Positions 1-13,790 of a DNA stretch of 64,000 bases are shown here, piece after piece; within the stretch, counting starts at the first letter, position 1, and every line of letters starts with the position of its first letter. The stretch covers positions 158,348,001 to 158,412,000 of the forward strand of contig NC_043000.1 in assembly GCF_006345805.1 (NCBI RefSeq). The letters run 5' to 3'. This DNA comes from Octopus sinensis (lineage: Eukaryota). The notes below the pieces were generated by a model that searched no databases, was not told the origin of the DNA, and saw only the letters and a program-made list of their open reading frames with translations. Position numbers and translations under genes: made by a program.

Positions 1-828
1 TTCTATTCTATATCTTTTATCAGAAGAGATTACTGCCATAACGGATTTATGGACTGCATGCATACGGTCGCCCATTCTTCTAAGGGAGAATTTTGCTCTT
101 GATTCTGCTTATTCTAATTAAAGCAGACTTTGCCCTATTCGGTTTCCTTTTACATTGTTTTTTTTATCCACCTTATTACCGTTAATTTTGTTGCTGCTTT
201 TCCCCCCTTTCTTACCTTGATAGACTTAATTATCATGCAGAACGAGATCGCTGTAGCTGTTTGTTTTTGATAGGAAAACAAATTCGACGCACAATGATAT
301 ATTAAAGATTTTCGTCATGTTTCTTGCACTCATATGGCATCGTAGGAAAGGAAGAATTGCTGAAAATTTGGCTGATTGGAATTTGAAAAGAGAAACTGAT
401 GTTCACGCCAGCTGAGATGAAGTACTTTCGAACACACCTTAAATCAAAAAGATGGCAAGCTGATAAAGATACTAAGAGATTCTCCGGGTAGCCTGTACCC
501 ACTCTGCATTTGGAAAGTAAGAGATTAAACAACAGTAAGAATAAACTGTGTGAGTTGTTAAGCACAGACTTCTTGTAATAGACTGCTGATGTGGAAATCG
601 AAAATATGCCTGCCTATGCAACTCGTAGAGTTCCTCAAAATCACCTGGATCCGCCTGTCTGTATATGTGTAGATTAGTAATTCTTATTGCATTTATCCGT
701 GAATAGAATACGCTTTATATCTTCAGCAATAGGGAATTTTTAATTTTAATGAATTCACCTTTATTAGAAACATTATCGACCGTGAGCGAGGGAGGACGTA
801 GAATTGTTGCTCACACATATATTCACGC

Positions 829-1176
<348 letters not shown>

Positions 1177-1429
1177 ATACTTCTCAATATCACTAAATAC
1201 ATCGTTAAGTTATAATAACAGAGGGATCGATACATGAACATTGAACTCTGCGAACTCAGTATAATAGACATATACGAATACACTAGCAAAATATACGCTG
1301 AAAAATGCGAATATTATTCACTCAAAAGGAGTTGAATTATACTGAGACATTTCAGAAGCTAGGATGAATGACAGTTTGTGAAACATAGTTACTTAATTTT
1401 CATACGTACATCTATATGCACAAATAGAT

Positions 1430-2630
1430 GCACAGAAATGACAAATGGAAATAGACAGCACATAAAACATCGTTTTATGTTTAACTTGAAAAGGTTTATA
1501 TTTTTATTAACTGACATTTTTACGTTTCATTTTCTGTATGGGTCTGTTTAATCATGCCACGTACAGAATGAGGTTTGGAACTGTCCGAATTTCAAAGAGT
1601 CTATATTGTGAGTCAATCTGAACGAGGACTGTGCGTAAAATCGCAGAGAACCTTGGGATCCCGCTTTCTACAATTAAGAGTGATTGTGCAATTTATCAGA
1701 GAGAGGAAGGAGTCAACATCACCTCACCCAGACCGACCAGGACCCTTCACTTCGTTAAGAGAAATGTGGAGGTTAATCTGCGTTGCAATGCTTCTGACAT
1801 AGCAGAACAAGTTGATGTCAGTTCCAGAACAGCTGTCAGGTATCTCCACAAACTTGGATGCTATGGCAGAGCAGCAAGAAGACAACCATTTCTTCGACCA
1901 CTCAGTACCAAGTGGAGAAAAGGTTGGGCCAGTGAGATAGTGGAGAGGTCACTAGCAATTTGGGACACTGTCATATTCTCTAATTTGCTGTATTTTCTGA
2001 CAGCGCTCGAGTGTAGGTCTGTAACTTCGTGATCAAAAATTTGACGTGAAAAAATTGCAGTTAACAATGAAATTCTGTGGCACTTCTATGATGGTATCTG
2101 GAGCAATTTGGAGCAGTGGTCGATCAGAGCTGATGGAGTGTGAGGGAAACATAACTCAGATAAATATGTGTTCATATTGTGGAAAAGACTTCACGCATCT
2201 TCTCCAGCGGTGAATGATTAAAGAAGACTTTGTTTATGGAAGATGGGGCAGCTTGTCACACTGCTAGAGAGACCTAAGAGAATGGCATTAAAAAGCCTCC
2301 ATGACCTAGCAAGTTACCAGTTATGGATCTTATTGAACACCTCTGGGCTTTACAGACAGGACACTTCGTAGAAAACAAGAAAGCATTCTCCAAGCCAGAT
2401 CTTTCGAAATTACTGCATGAAACTTGGTGTGAAATTCTTCAAGACTCTATTCTTCGTTTGTTCAGTAGCATGACGAACAGGGACCTTGCATCGAAAAACA
2501 CAGAGGTTTTGCCTACTAAATATTAGATATTCACATTATGGTAATTAACGAATAATTTGAAAGTATAGTTTCAGATTAAAATAAATCCAAACGATTTTAG
2601 GCTGTCTATTTACTCCTGTTACGTCTGAAT
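1430..2630 (+). mobile_element. Tc1-like DNA transposon remnant (frameshifted transposase, ~1554-2526)
   Basis: ATG at 1554 gives MPRTE*GLELSEFQR; then RKIAENLGIPLSTI (HTH), LHKLGCYGRAARRQPFL, WDTVIFSN, and a C-terminal DLIEHLW...W...LFSSMTNR...TKY typical of Tc1 DD34E transposases. Imperfect terminal inverted repeats: aaatagacagc..atcgttt (1449-1475) versus aaacgat..gctgtctattt (2589-2611). Confidence 0.85.
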
Positions 2631-3081
2631 TAGTAGACTATGAATGGTATATGGAATGTATGAGGATTAATGGGATTACTGGTATTAGTAATAGCAATAT
2701 TATCATATATCCCATATACTATTCATATTCTAGTAAACATATCTACCTTAATTGCATCAATTTCAGAACTGCTTACCGCCCTTGCATGCAATCTTTTCAC
2801 TCATGTACAATTAGAGCCAACACCGTTTGGAAATCGGTGTTGATTCAAAGTCAGTGATCAGTTCTGACGAAATCGCTATGACTTTGATTTTCTAAAAAGG
2901 ACTCATAATAATGATTTTTATTCTACTTAATTCCACCTCAAATAATTTATTTGTATGTATATGTCTTTGCTTTAAAAGAAAAAAAGACATTACTTTTATA
3001 CCTAATGTGCATTTTCTTTGTTTTTTAAAAACATTTCTCCCTATTTATACCACGTGCAGTCTTTTGTTTTGAAACTGTTTC

Positions 3082-3140
<59 letters not shown>

Positions 3141-3815
3141 CATCAATAAATGCAAATGTACAAATTTATATAAGATTTCTCGAGTTATTTGTGATTAATA
3201 AATAATATTACTTGCAACAATTGGAATGAAAAAAATCATTTATTTTATATGAAACTTTCTAATATAAGAAGGTTATGAGATTAAAGATATCAGATCGACT
3301 TTTGTGAATATAAAATGTCTTCTACGCCTGGATTAATCTATCATAATTATCACCATATGCCACTCATTCGCACGAGCATACATCATGTAATGGCAAAGTT
3401 ATTAATACTATTAGTGTTATATACATCTGAGAACACATTTGTTTCTTATCATATAAGTTTCATCACCAATAGGAATGCAGTTAATTGAGTTAATACGTCT
3501 TTTACCACTAACGAAAGTAAACGACATTAACCGCTCTACTACTTGCGCTATCAATTCTGAGCAACATGTAATATTTTCTTATATAAGAGATGAAAGATAA
3601 CAACACCTGGAGAATTTCCGTCTATAATTTAGTTATTTTAATCGACAGAACCTGATCCAATTTTGGTGACGTAATTATTATTAATATTATTTGTCTCTAT
3701 TTGATTTATTATGATGATGTCGATGACAAGAAGACATCAACATTATCAATAATAAAACAATAACAACTATAACAGCAGTAGAAGCAGCAATAAAAACAAC
3801 AACAATAATAATAAT

Positions 3816-3960
3816 CCCTTCCAATATGGTCACAATGCCTGCAATTTAGGACAGGAGGCCAGTCGATTAGATCGTCCCCATTACGCAACTGGTACTTAAG
3901 TTATCGAAGCCGAAAGAATGAAAGGCAAAGTTGATCTCGCCGAAATCTGAACTCAGATCG
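3816..3960 (-). mobile_element. SINE family 1 (tRNA-derived), partial copy
   Basis: Reverse complement matches the copies at 17330 and 33412 (gagttcagatttcggcgagatcaactttgcctttcattctttcgg...aagtaccagttgcgtaatgggg). Confidence 0.8.
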
Positions 3961-4014
3961 GAACAATTTCCTGAAGCTCTCTGCAAGCCGGTAATCGTTG
4001 AGACAGCGTATATA

Positions 4015-5570
4015 GTTGAAAGCCCAAGGGCTTAGAAGATATTATGAAAGAATAAAATGATAACATATTATTACAAAACAAGGTATTCAAGACAGATGCA
4101 AAGAAATTTTATAGGGAAATTGGCAAATAAATGATCCTCCTAAGACTGAGGAAATGGAAGTGTTCTGAAAGAACATAAGCAGCAACGAAAATGAGAATAA
4201 TGCTGAAGCTGGCTGAATGAAGTTCAAGAAGCAATAGCAGTAGAAGAGTTAGGTGGAAAACGTTAGGCCTAGACCGAAATCCTAAACTTCTGGTTGAATT
4301 GTTAGATAGAATTACACCAATAGATCACTACATCTCTAACAAACGTCATTTTGAACACAGAACAAAAAGACCTGCCTGGTTGACACAAGAAACTACATAC
4401 CTACTACAAAAAACCGAAGAAACAAAAATCCGAAGAACTGCCGACCAATGACATGTCTCAACACTACCTACAAGATCCTCAAACTCGAAAAAGTTGTAAA
4501 AGAAATTCTTATGGGTGCAAAGACCAATTGCTCATAAATAAAACGATTACAGAGAATTGCGGAAGCCACAACAAGAGCCTGAGTATGGCATGGATAGAAT
4601 ACTAGGAAAGTGTTTTATAGTGTCCCACATAAATGGCAGCACAAGGTCCTTGAGATGTGCGAAATATCTTCTGTTGTATGCAAATTCTTACAAGGCAGAA
4701 TGGCCTTTCTAAACATCAAACGAGATATCCTTCAAGGTGAACTCCTCTCCCCATTACTTTTTTGCCTGGCACTGATCTCACTCTCAAACCAATTGAATAA
4801 CACCAGGTATGGGTACAACATTTTTAATATTATAAGCTGTGTATTTTATATGAACGATCCAAAGGTGTTTGCTAGGAATGACCAAGGGCTACTAACAACT
4901 GTTAAAGAGTTCAGCAATGACATCGGGATGAATTTGGCCTCGATAAGTGTGCTAAAACCACTTTTGCAAAATACATGCTTAGACCAGAAACTTCCACTAA
5001 ATTAGATACGGACGCTACCATCAAGGAACTAGACCAACAAGGAAGTTATAAGTACCTGGAAAAGACGCGAAAGAAATGATATACGTCATGTTAGTATGAA
5101 GGAAAAACTAAGAAAGGAGTACTATAAGAGGATAAATCAACTCGAAAAATCTCATCAAAGCCATTAACACTCCGGCACTTCCAGTAGTCCAATAATGTTT
5201 TAACAGCATTAAATGGAATCCTACGGGGGTCCAACGCCTGGACAGAAAGTAGAAAGTTATTGACATGTAAGAACATGCACCACCCAAAAGCTGCCGTTGA
5301 CCGTCTGTACCTGTCTAGAAGTAGTGGGTCGAGAAGAATTATACAGTTAGAACTGTCCTATAAGAATTCAATAACTATGAACAAATACTTATCTACGCAG
5401 AGGACTAGATCCTGCGACTCCTATTTTCAAGGCGGCTTGAATTCGCAAGGGAACTTACCATCAAACCTGAATTACATGAATGACCTGAAACAACTGCCAC
5501 CGAACCAGCAAATAAAATCAAGCAGACTGCAAAAAAAAAAAGAACGGAAAGAAACAAATTGAGAAGCAAA
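4015..5570 (+). mobile_element. R4/Dong-like non-LTR retrotransposon RT remnant (5' part)
   Basis: Degenerate RT motifs read across frameshifts: NKVFKTDAKKFYREIGK, PAWLTQETTYLL..NPKNCRPMTCLNTTYKIL, GCKDQLLINK..SLSMAWI, LQGELLSPLLFCLAL, FYMNDPK (YMDD box), YKYL, MHHPKAAVDRLYLSRSSGSRRIIQLE. Clade assignment is from memory of these motifs. Confidence 0.8.
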
Positions 5571-6653
5571 AGACACAAACTACGTTCCATTGGCAGACAA
5601 TACCGCGTCAGGGATGTCAAATCTCGCTAACTGTTCGTGTAGAATGTTCGTCGCAGTAGAGCACGTTGGCTTTTTACACCTACAAATTTCAGGCCATTTA
5701 GAGAGACAATCAATTAGTATGAACCGTTTAAGTATCCAGCGAAATCGATGTGTAGTTTCGACCACAGAGTATCTACTTTTGGCCAAGGTTCACTTTTTAT
5801 CGTTGCTAATTTTGTCGCTAGAGCACATCTAGATTTTTTCAATAAAGTTTCGATTTCTTTATCAATTTTTGGCCAGTACACGTAGCTACGCATTAAAGCT
5901 TTCATCTTCAAAATACCAGAATGTCCAACGTGAAATTCCTTGAACATTTTCTTTTGCAATGCTTCAGGTATTACTACTTTCTATACATACAATCAGTACA
6001 TCATCACAAATCGAGTTCAGGTTCACGTCTTGATTTCGTTTTGCACCAAACCTGTCCCTATTTACTTTTCCAGACCACAGTGTTCTTTTCATTTATTTTA
6101 TGAATTTGTCCTTTACTGCATTTCGTGTTGTCATCCAGGGTTAACGGTAATTCATGTACCACATTACACATTATATTTTTTATTTCTATTGTTCTTGAAG
6201 CTGCGATTACCGTATCATCGAATGGCTTGCAATGTTTCGGTATCAGTCTGAATGAACCATCTTCATACCTTAATATTTGTCGACGGTAAATATTCTATAA
6301 AATATAATAATAATTATAAAGTGTAGTGCTCCAACACTGTAGTCTATTCGCTGTGTGTGTTGGTATCCCTTTTTCAGAACCGTATATTGACAGAAGTGGG
6401 TGATGTTCCATTTGTGGACAGAAACTTCTTTTACAAATAAGTCTATGGCATTTTTTCCCATTGAATATCATTGTTAACGCTTTTTCTATTTATCTATAGT
6501 TCCTTTCAGCTGGTAATAACGATCGTAACGCATGGGCTATAACCTTTTTACTCCCATAGTCATATTTGTGCAGAAGCACGACTCCTGCACCGTAATCATG
6601 CTCATTGGTAGCCGATATAATATCCAACTTCGGATCAAAATGCGTTAATGATA

Positions 6654-7030
6654 TGGATGGAAGCACTCCGTCGGTTACGACGACGAGGGTTCTGGTTGAT
6701 CCGAATCAACGGTACAGCCAGCTCGTGAAATTAACGTGTAAGTGGCTGAGCACTCCACAGACACGTGTACCCTTAACGTAGTTCTCGGAGATATTCAGCG
6801 TGACACAGAGAGTGACAAGGCCGGCCCCTTGAAATACAGGTACAACAGAAACAGGAAGTAAGAGTGAGAGAAAGTTCTGGTGAAAGAGTACAGCAGGGAT
6901 CACCACCATCTCCTGCCGGAGCCTCGTGGAGCTTTAGGTGTTTTCGCTCAATAAACACTCACAACGCCCGGTCTGGGAATCGAAACCGCGAGTCCGCTGC
7001 CCTAACCACTGGGCCATTGCGCCTCCACTC
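6654..7030 (-). mobile_element. SINE family 2 (tRNA-derived, tail type A), full length, inserted in the Gypsy pol region
   Basis: Minus-strand head gtggaggcgcaatggcccagtggttagggc (A box) and ggtttcgattccc (B box); 12-bp target-site duplication gcgttaatgata at 6642-6653 and 7031-7042; removing the insert restores ILTSYLSLTHFDPKLDII. Confidence 0.9.
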
Positions 7031-8878
7031 GCGTTAATGATAAGTATGATGTTAAAATGATTTTTAATTTGTGGCCCTTATCGGTCCAGCACCCTTTTTG
7101 CCTTTTTCTTTAACAGATCATTTAGCGGAGTCCTTACATTATGTATATTGGTAATGTAAATTTGAAAGTAATTAACTAAACCCAAGTATGCTCAGTGTGA
7201 GTATATTGTTATCGCAGTTACTCTGGAGGGATACGGTTTCCGTCTGTTTTTCATCTGTTATCTGGCCCAAGTATTTAATTATTTCCATGGGGAATTCGCA
7301 TTTTTCTTTCGTTAATCTCAACCCGTATTCTCTAATTTTTTTGAATACCCTTTTAACATGTTCTATATGTTATTCGTGTGGTTCGCTTTTTATTAGGCTA
7401 TCGTCCAAATAGGCGATTGAAAAATCACAGTCACCCAGCTTTGTATCCTTTATTTGCTGAAATGTGAAAGGCGTCAGTTTTGCACCGAAGAGACGCCGCT
7501 TAAATTTAAATAAGCCACGGTATGTATTGATGGTTAATAAGTGTGAGTATTCTTCTACTTAGGTTGATAGATAAGCCTACGTTTGAGAAGAAAATACAAT
7601 CTGCTACTCGTAACCCAAAATACAATCAGGTACCTGTAACATCGTGTGCTACATTCGTAGATTTAATTAATTTCGGCTTAGCAATATACTTCCAAGTTTC
7701 TTCATTCACAATTGTAATATCACCTTCAGTGTCTAATTGCATATTCAATTTTCCCATTTACGAAATTCCTCTTTGTTATATTACCATTTTTTTTCGACAT
7801 TTTGTTTATTCTTTTTTGTTTGTTCCAAAGTTTTGTCATCTTGGCTTTACAGTGTGCTTTTATGTGTCCAATTTTGTCACAACGGAAACATTCCACTGTC
7901 TTAAATGGGAAGCTTTTTCTCAGGTGTAGTCCTCTACATGCAAAACATGGGTTTGTTTCCTGATTCTTGGTCTGTTTGTGCTGTATTTAGTACACACTTT
8001 GCATTCGTATTTTCTGACGCACTCATTTCACTTGGGAGGAATTTTTATTCTCAATTTTCTTTGTGTCGTGTCTTAAATTTACTATTCTTTCACGCTTTTC
8101 TGATACTCGTAAGGTTACAGCTTTGTTATAATCCAGCTTAGCGAGAAATCTTTTTCTTACTTCTGTGTCTTTCCCTGCAGTTAGTTCCTGAGTAAATATC
8201 AGGCGCTTGAAAATATCTGGCGTTCAGTTTGAAATTTTCAAATTCTCTGTTAACTCTAACAGCATATGTGATGTGGTCCTCATTGTCCTTTTCTGTGTTC
8301 AAACATTTCCAACGAGCTTTCTTCTCTAAAAATTTTACACATTATGTCTATTGTATTTTTAAAATTTGTCAGAAGGCTTTTTTTTTTAGGAGAACGTAAT
8401 TGCTGTAGCGCTCATGTTCTCCTGCTGCCAGCTCTCTAAAGATTAGACGGGTTTTCATATCATACTCCCAATCTTTGCCCTCTTTATTGAAAATTCGTTC
8501 GTATCATTTACAGTACGCCTCGTAGGTAACTCCTTCGTCTGGTTCATACTTAAACTCTATTATCGTTTTTACAACATAATCTGGCGCAAACATGTTACCA
8601 GTGTTTTCTGACGATTTGCTCATCAGTAATTGTAGCATTTGTTGCTGTAATAGTAATTGGTGTCGTTGTTTTTAAAGTTGTAGCTGATGTTGTTGTTGTT
8701 GTTCATTCAATTGCTGTTGTTACTGTTTTTGGAACTCGAGTAAACTGGCCAAAACTTTTCCCATTATTTTACGGTTTGGTATACCGCAAATTTCGCACAA
8801 ACAAATTTGTGAGTTTCGTAACTCCTTGTGAGTTTGTTAATTCCTCGTGCGTTTTTAAATCCTCTTGAGTTTGGTAAT

Positions 8879-8890
8879 TCCTCGTCGCCA
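8879..8890 (-). promoter_or_regulatory. Primer-binding site complementary to the tRNA-Ser(GCU) 3' end
   Basis: Minus strand reads TGGCGACGAGGA, 4 nt after the LTR-terminal CA. It is complementary to the ...TCCTCGTCGCCA 3' end of metazoan tRNA-Ser(GCU), recalled from vertebrate sequences. Confidence 0.75.
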
Positions 8891-8894
8891 CTAT

Positions 8895-9099
8895 TGTAGC
8901 CCTCTGTTGGAACGCTATAACGACCACTCAGGTAAAGCAGCATAGTTAGTAAGACAAGTAAGACCACAACTATCTATGACCGTATACCTCGCACTCTCTA
9001 CAAATACTGACACTGACTGACAATATTTATAAAGACTACCACATACCACTCGTCACCTAGAAGGGGTGTATCATTACTAATATTATCCTCATAGTAACA
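8895..9099 (-). repeat. Putative 5' LTR (~205 bp, TG...CA)
   Basis: Minus strand begins TGTTACTATG (9099) and ends CTACA (8895) just before the PBS; the host LINE frame resumes exactly at 9100. Confidence 0.65.
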
Positions 9100-9190
9100 A
9101 CCCATCAGTGGCTGAGAATTTCAGGACTGAAAGCAGAGACAGATGGTTTGATATTGGCAGTAAAAGATCAAAGCTTGCTTACCAGAAACT
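9100..9190 (+). mobile_element. R4/Dong-like LINE, continuation after the Gypsy insertion
   Basis: Translates THQWLRISGLKAETDGLILAVKDQSLLTRNY, the conserved post-RT motif (WL..GLK.ETEG...AAQDQ.L.TRNY) of this LINE group. Confidence 0.8.
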
Positions 9191-9217
9191 ACCATCATCA
9201 TCATTGTTATTATTATT

Positions 9218-9364
9218 AAGGTATCGAGCTGGCAGAATCGTTAGGCTGTTGGACAAATTGCTTAAGAGCATTGTTCTGGCACTACCTTCTGAGTTCAAAT
9301 ATTGCTGATGTCGGTTTTTGCTCTTCATGCTTTTTGGATCGTTCGATTAAATAAGTACACTGAG
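9218..9364 (+). mobile_element. SINE family 1, degenerate copy
   Basis: gagctggcagaatcgttag...ctgagttcaaat...gattaaataagtac, aligning with the 17330 copy. Confidence 0.8.
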
Positions 9365-11398
9365 AGCTAAAATTTCATTCTGTGTCCCTATATTAGACAG
9401 CATTATTATTTTAATAGTAGTAGGAAGAGGAGGAGAAGGAGGAAAAAGAGGAGCAAGTGTAGTATTCGTAATAAAAGAAACCATTATTATTAACTATATG
9501 ATTATAGTTATTAATAATGAATTTTTTGCCATTTTAGTTGCTCTTGTTATTACTACAATTAATATTTTTACTACTATTTTACTGTTATTATTTTTACTAC
9601 TAATTTTTTTGGTTAATTTTACAGCTAGTATTTCCGCAGATAGTATTTTCCATAACAATACTGTCTCTCGGCAGAACAATACCTTCCATTATATCCACAG
9701 TTGAAACGACTGTAGAGTGTGATGTGAAGGTTATTCGGATGCTATTTCTAGCTGCTAGAATGACCCGTAAATTCTTTCTCATTAAAACTTGATGCAAGCC
9801 GACATTCCAATCGAATTTTAATGCTTTTTACCTCACTTGAATTATGAAAAGCCTATTTATTATTTTTAACTTTCTTCTCTATCCATCTAATAATGGGAAG
9901 GTCTCTAAAATCAATATATCTGCAGGTTTAAGCCATTTAAGCCACCGTTGTCTGCTAATAACAGATAACCAGACGACTTATCCGCCATAATGTTAATCGC
10001 AGTCGTATATTCGCATACCCTGTGATAAAAGGCGTTTTTCTTTAATATAAACTTCTAATATAATATAATCCATGACACAATATCTTAGACAGCTTATTGA
10101 CTGGAAGATCAATAAATTTTTCATCAATCTATTACTTCATAAACAAGAGTACGTAATTTTCAATAAATTCAATCTAACGAAAAATAAATCATAAAAGATT
10201 AAAAAACACACGTTCAAGTTAGAATCAATCCAGTGAAGTTAAGATCATGCTTTCGTTCATTTCATTCTACATAAGGAAAATTATATATATATATATATAT
10301 ATACACATATTGACAAACGCGCGAACACACAAACACACACACACATACGCTGAGACTAACATATATTCAAACCTAAGGTAGCACACAGAAATATACAAAG
10401 ACATAACACTAACAAGACAGAGAGGATATGTAGTTTTGACATCATCAAAAAGAAGGAATTTTTAAGGTCATTCTTTAACTTTAAGGTCATATCGGAGATA
10501 TTTTCATTTGATTTGCAATTTCATATTCTTTTTTTTTTCCTTTTTTACATTTCTATTTCTCTAAATATTTGGTTGAATTTAATTATTATCAACGTATTCT
10601 TGTCACTTGATCCGTTCAATGTGTATTTGATGCGTTCTGGAGTTTGGTCACGACAAGTTGAAACAGTATGACACCATAAATATTTTCCTTTGAAAGTCAG
10701 CTTATAAAGGGCTGAAGCAAAGAAAAGTATGTTCATAGATTTAATTTTAACTTTCATGATGACATAGATGATAGAAAAAAGTCGAAGCGTAACACCAAAT
10801 ATACTAAAAGCCAGCACACTACAAAATCTTTAAAAGAGAAATTATTGACATTTATTGGCAGAACGTATTATTACTGAGAGTACTTATGGTAACAAGTTTA
10901 TCAAAACAACAACAGCAACAAAAGAGTTTCATTTTTGTTGTTGGAGCAGATAGAAGCCTGCATTATCAAGAATATAGCACACTGGCATGCCAAAACAATT
11001 CTGCATTTTCAATGATAGTAATTTATATGAAGGTCCGCCCTCTTTCATTGTCAAAACCCACTTGTAATAAATATTCTCTTATAAGATTCAATGAGAGTGA
11101 AATAACGCAATGCAATGTCACATGACAGACACGTTTTATTCTTTTACTCATTTTTGTCATACACATGCGGAAAAGATGGCGCGCGCACTCAAGAGTTAAA
11201 CCCAGTTAAACCTAATTCATTTAAATTGTAGTCTTTAAGCAATGATTCCTCGTAAGGCCACCCTCTGAATAGTTTAAAGCAGCTCTGCTATCTCTTTCAA
11301 CAACATTGCAATGGTGTAATCTTCATTCAAAGTAACCTTTGAAATTTGTGAATATATTTGTATGAAACCATTTTCATCGTATTAACTGCACGCTGCAA

Positions 11399-11441
<43 letters not shown>

Positions 11442-12499
11442 ATAGTAGTAATATTAGTAGTAGGCAACAATGTTGCAACATGTACGTATATTCATATATG
11501 GCCTGCACCTCAGACTTACTTAGACAAAAAAATACATTTTATTCTCTATCTATCTACAATCAATGAAGTGAAAATGTCCAAAAAGTTTCTAAAGTCAACA
11601 ACATTATCACCAAACGTTACTTAACTTACTGATTCAAAAATATGACTCTTGATAGTATAATAATCTATGATGATTAAGATTCAGGACACCACTGTGAATT
11701 ATGGCAATGTGTTGCTTGTCTTCGAAAATTTGTGCGCAAAAATCTATACGGCAGACATTCACTTTCAATTACATTCACTCATGCCTTGCAATAACGTTAG
11801 ATTATTTCTTATATAATCCATACCAAAGTATAACTTCTACCTTCCAAAAAAATCAACTATGTTTTACATATTGCTTTTACTAAACTTGAAGGTAAAATAA
11901 TGGTACTTTTCGTACGTGGTAACTTAAGTCGCAAAAGAAAGTGGAACGCTCCATAAAGTGAATTTGAACTCATATTCTGTCGGCAGATACATCCTGTTCT
12001 TAATAGATGGTTATTGCTCACGCAAACATACAAATGCACTCAAACAATGAACTTACTTTTTCTTGGTGTGTTCTGTTATAAAATTTGACAGAATACATTA
12101 AAAACACAGCATGTTTAGAGAGAATAAAACTTTAAAAATATCAAAACAATGAAGGAAAAAATACTACGGTTGCCTATAAATGTACATCCAAAGAAGTTAT
12201 TTTCTGCGATTACATACAAAAGTAATTTGAGAACATAATAAAAAAGTAATTGAAAAATAAAAGAAAGTCGAACACTACAAAGCCGTGATGCATTACATGA
12301 AACATAGCACTATAAAAATTAATTGCTATTTCCTTAAACATAATTTGTTGACATCAAATACATGCGCTCCTTTGGAGAGTAACTTACGTCAAAATATCAC
12401 TTCCATAGAATAGAGATATATTTTATTTCCTATGTGAGAATCATTTTCTCTCGAAGTTTATGTGCACTCTCTTCTTTCTGAAGAACAATTTAAATCTGA

Positions 12500-12658
12500 C
12501 CCATCTCCCTCTTCTTTCTTTCTTTCTTCTTTCTTTCTTTCCTTCGTTCTTTTTTCTTTCTCTCTCCTCTCTCTCACCTAATTTTTTTCTTTTCTTTCCT
12601 AAATGTCCCCCCCTCTTCCCTCTCTCACACAGCCTCACCTCCTTTTCACTTCTCAATT
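12500..12658. repeat. Low-complexity polypyrimidine/polypurine tract
   Basis: About 160 bp of almost only C/T on the + strand. Confidence 0.85.
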
Positions 12659-13614
12659 CTGCAGTCATTCTGTCCTGATATCCTTACAGAATCGTCCTAC
12701 TGATTATATATTCATTGCAAGCAGGGATTATTCCTATAGTCGAATAAAATATCTGCCTATTTTCAGACGCCTTCCAACAATTAGATTGTTATTACACAGT
12801 AGCTAATACAAACAATTTTCTTGAGTTCCAATTACAGAACCGAAGAAGACTAGCAAATGTCATGAAGTTTCGAATTGCTTTGGAGACTATCTTGCCTTTT
12901 AATGTTTTCTATGTGTGTAGCAAAAATAGCTGTAAGGAAGTCAATATAGCAATGGTTAGTAATATGAAGTACCGACATATGCCATTTCAGATTGGGTGAA
13001 TAGTTTATTCGAGACTCCAGTGTTCAAAATACTCATTTATAGTATAGTACATAAGTATTATATTTATCGTTTATTATATATTTTTAATGCATATTTATTT
13101 AAGTTTATATTTCATTAAGGAAGCACTTTCAGTGCCATCGGAAATGACAAAGCCAAAGAAAGGTCACTGAAGGTCGCTATTTCCATCTTGATTCTACACA
13201 GATATCGGTGTCATATCATAGAAGGTGTTAATGGTATAACGTTATAAATACACTTTTATATATACTCAATGACATACTTTTAACTGGGGGATCTCATTTC
13301 ATTGGTACATGATAGGGTGAGATAATCAACGGTTTACTCAACCGTATCGATCCTAATATTAATTCAGGATTGAAATTATTTTGTCAGTCAATAATTATCC
13401 AATGTCTGAGTTACGTTCTTGAGACAGCAATTGGCAAATAAATATAGAGACAACTGCAGAGCTTACTTGAAATTAAATTAAAAAGGAGATAAAATCCTTT
13501 ATATTGCAAGTGTCATAAGCCGAATTTTCAAAACGATTCTACGACCAGAAACAGTTTCCCAGCGAGAAATAAATTAAGAAGAATCAATACAACCATTTCT
13601 AATAAAATATATGA

Positions 13615-13790
13615 TTATTCTTTCTACTATAGTCACAAGGCCTGGAAGGGGGCTAGTCAATTACATTGACTCCGGTGATTAACTCACAGTTATTTAAATG
13701 ACCCCGAAAAGATGAAAGGAAGCGTCAATTTTAGTGGATTTGGAACTCAAAACATAAAGGGGACGATTCTGCCAGGTCATTGCCTTACAA
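13615..13790 (-). mobile_element. SINE family 1, degenerate copy
   Basis: cacaaggcctgg..gctagtcaattacattgac..gaccccgaaaagatgaaagg..gattctgccag, matching the 33412 copy. Confidence 0.7.

Larger units (their letters stand above)
5570..9099 (-). mobile_element. Gypsy (Mag-like) LTR retrotransposon remnant lacking its 3' end
   Basis: Minus strand in order: gag from ATG 8764 (Q-rich, then FKYEPDEGVTYEAY..YERIF), zinc knuckle CFRCDKIGHIKAHC (7849-7890), protease LNMQLDTEGDITIVNEETW (~7690-7745), RT EKCEFPMEIIKYLGQI (~7250-7330), RNase H LTHFDPKLDII..AHALRSLLPAERNY (~6490-6640), integrase HVGHSGILKMKALMRSYVYWP..LHIDFAG..SKWPEI..DAVLSANGT (5580-5960). Many stops and frameshifts. Confidence 0.9.

Noticed and set aside
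303-600. Weak THAP-domain-like translation (KIWLIGI..VPTLHL) on the + strand
   Set aside because: Two in-frame stops and no C2CH zinc ligands; too weak to call.
11165-11200. aagatggcgcgcgc YY1-like motif next to gagttaa (possible piggyBac-like end)
   Set aside because: Isolated short motif; no matching opposite end or TTAA duplication found.
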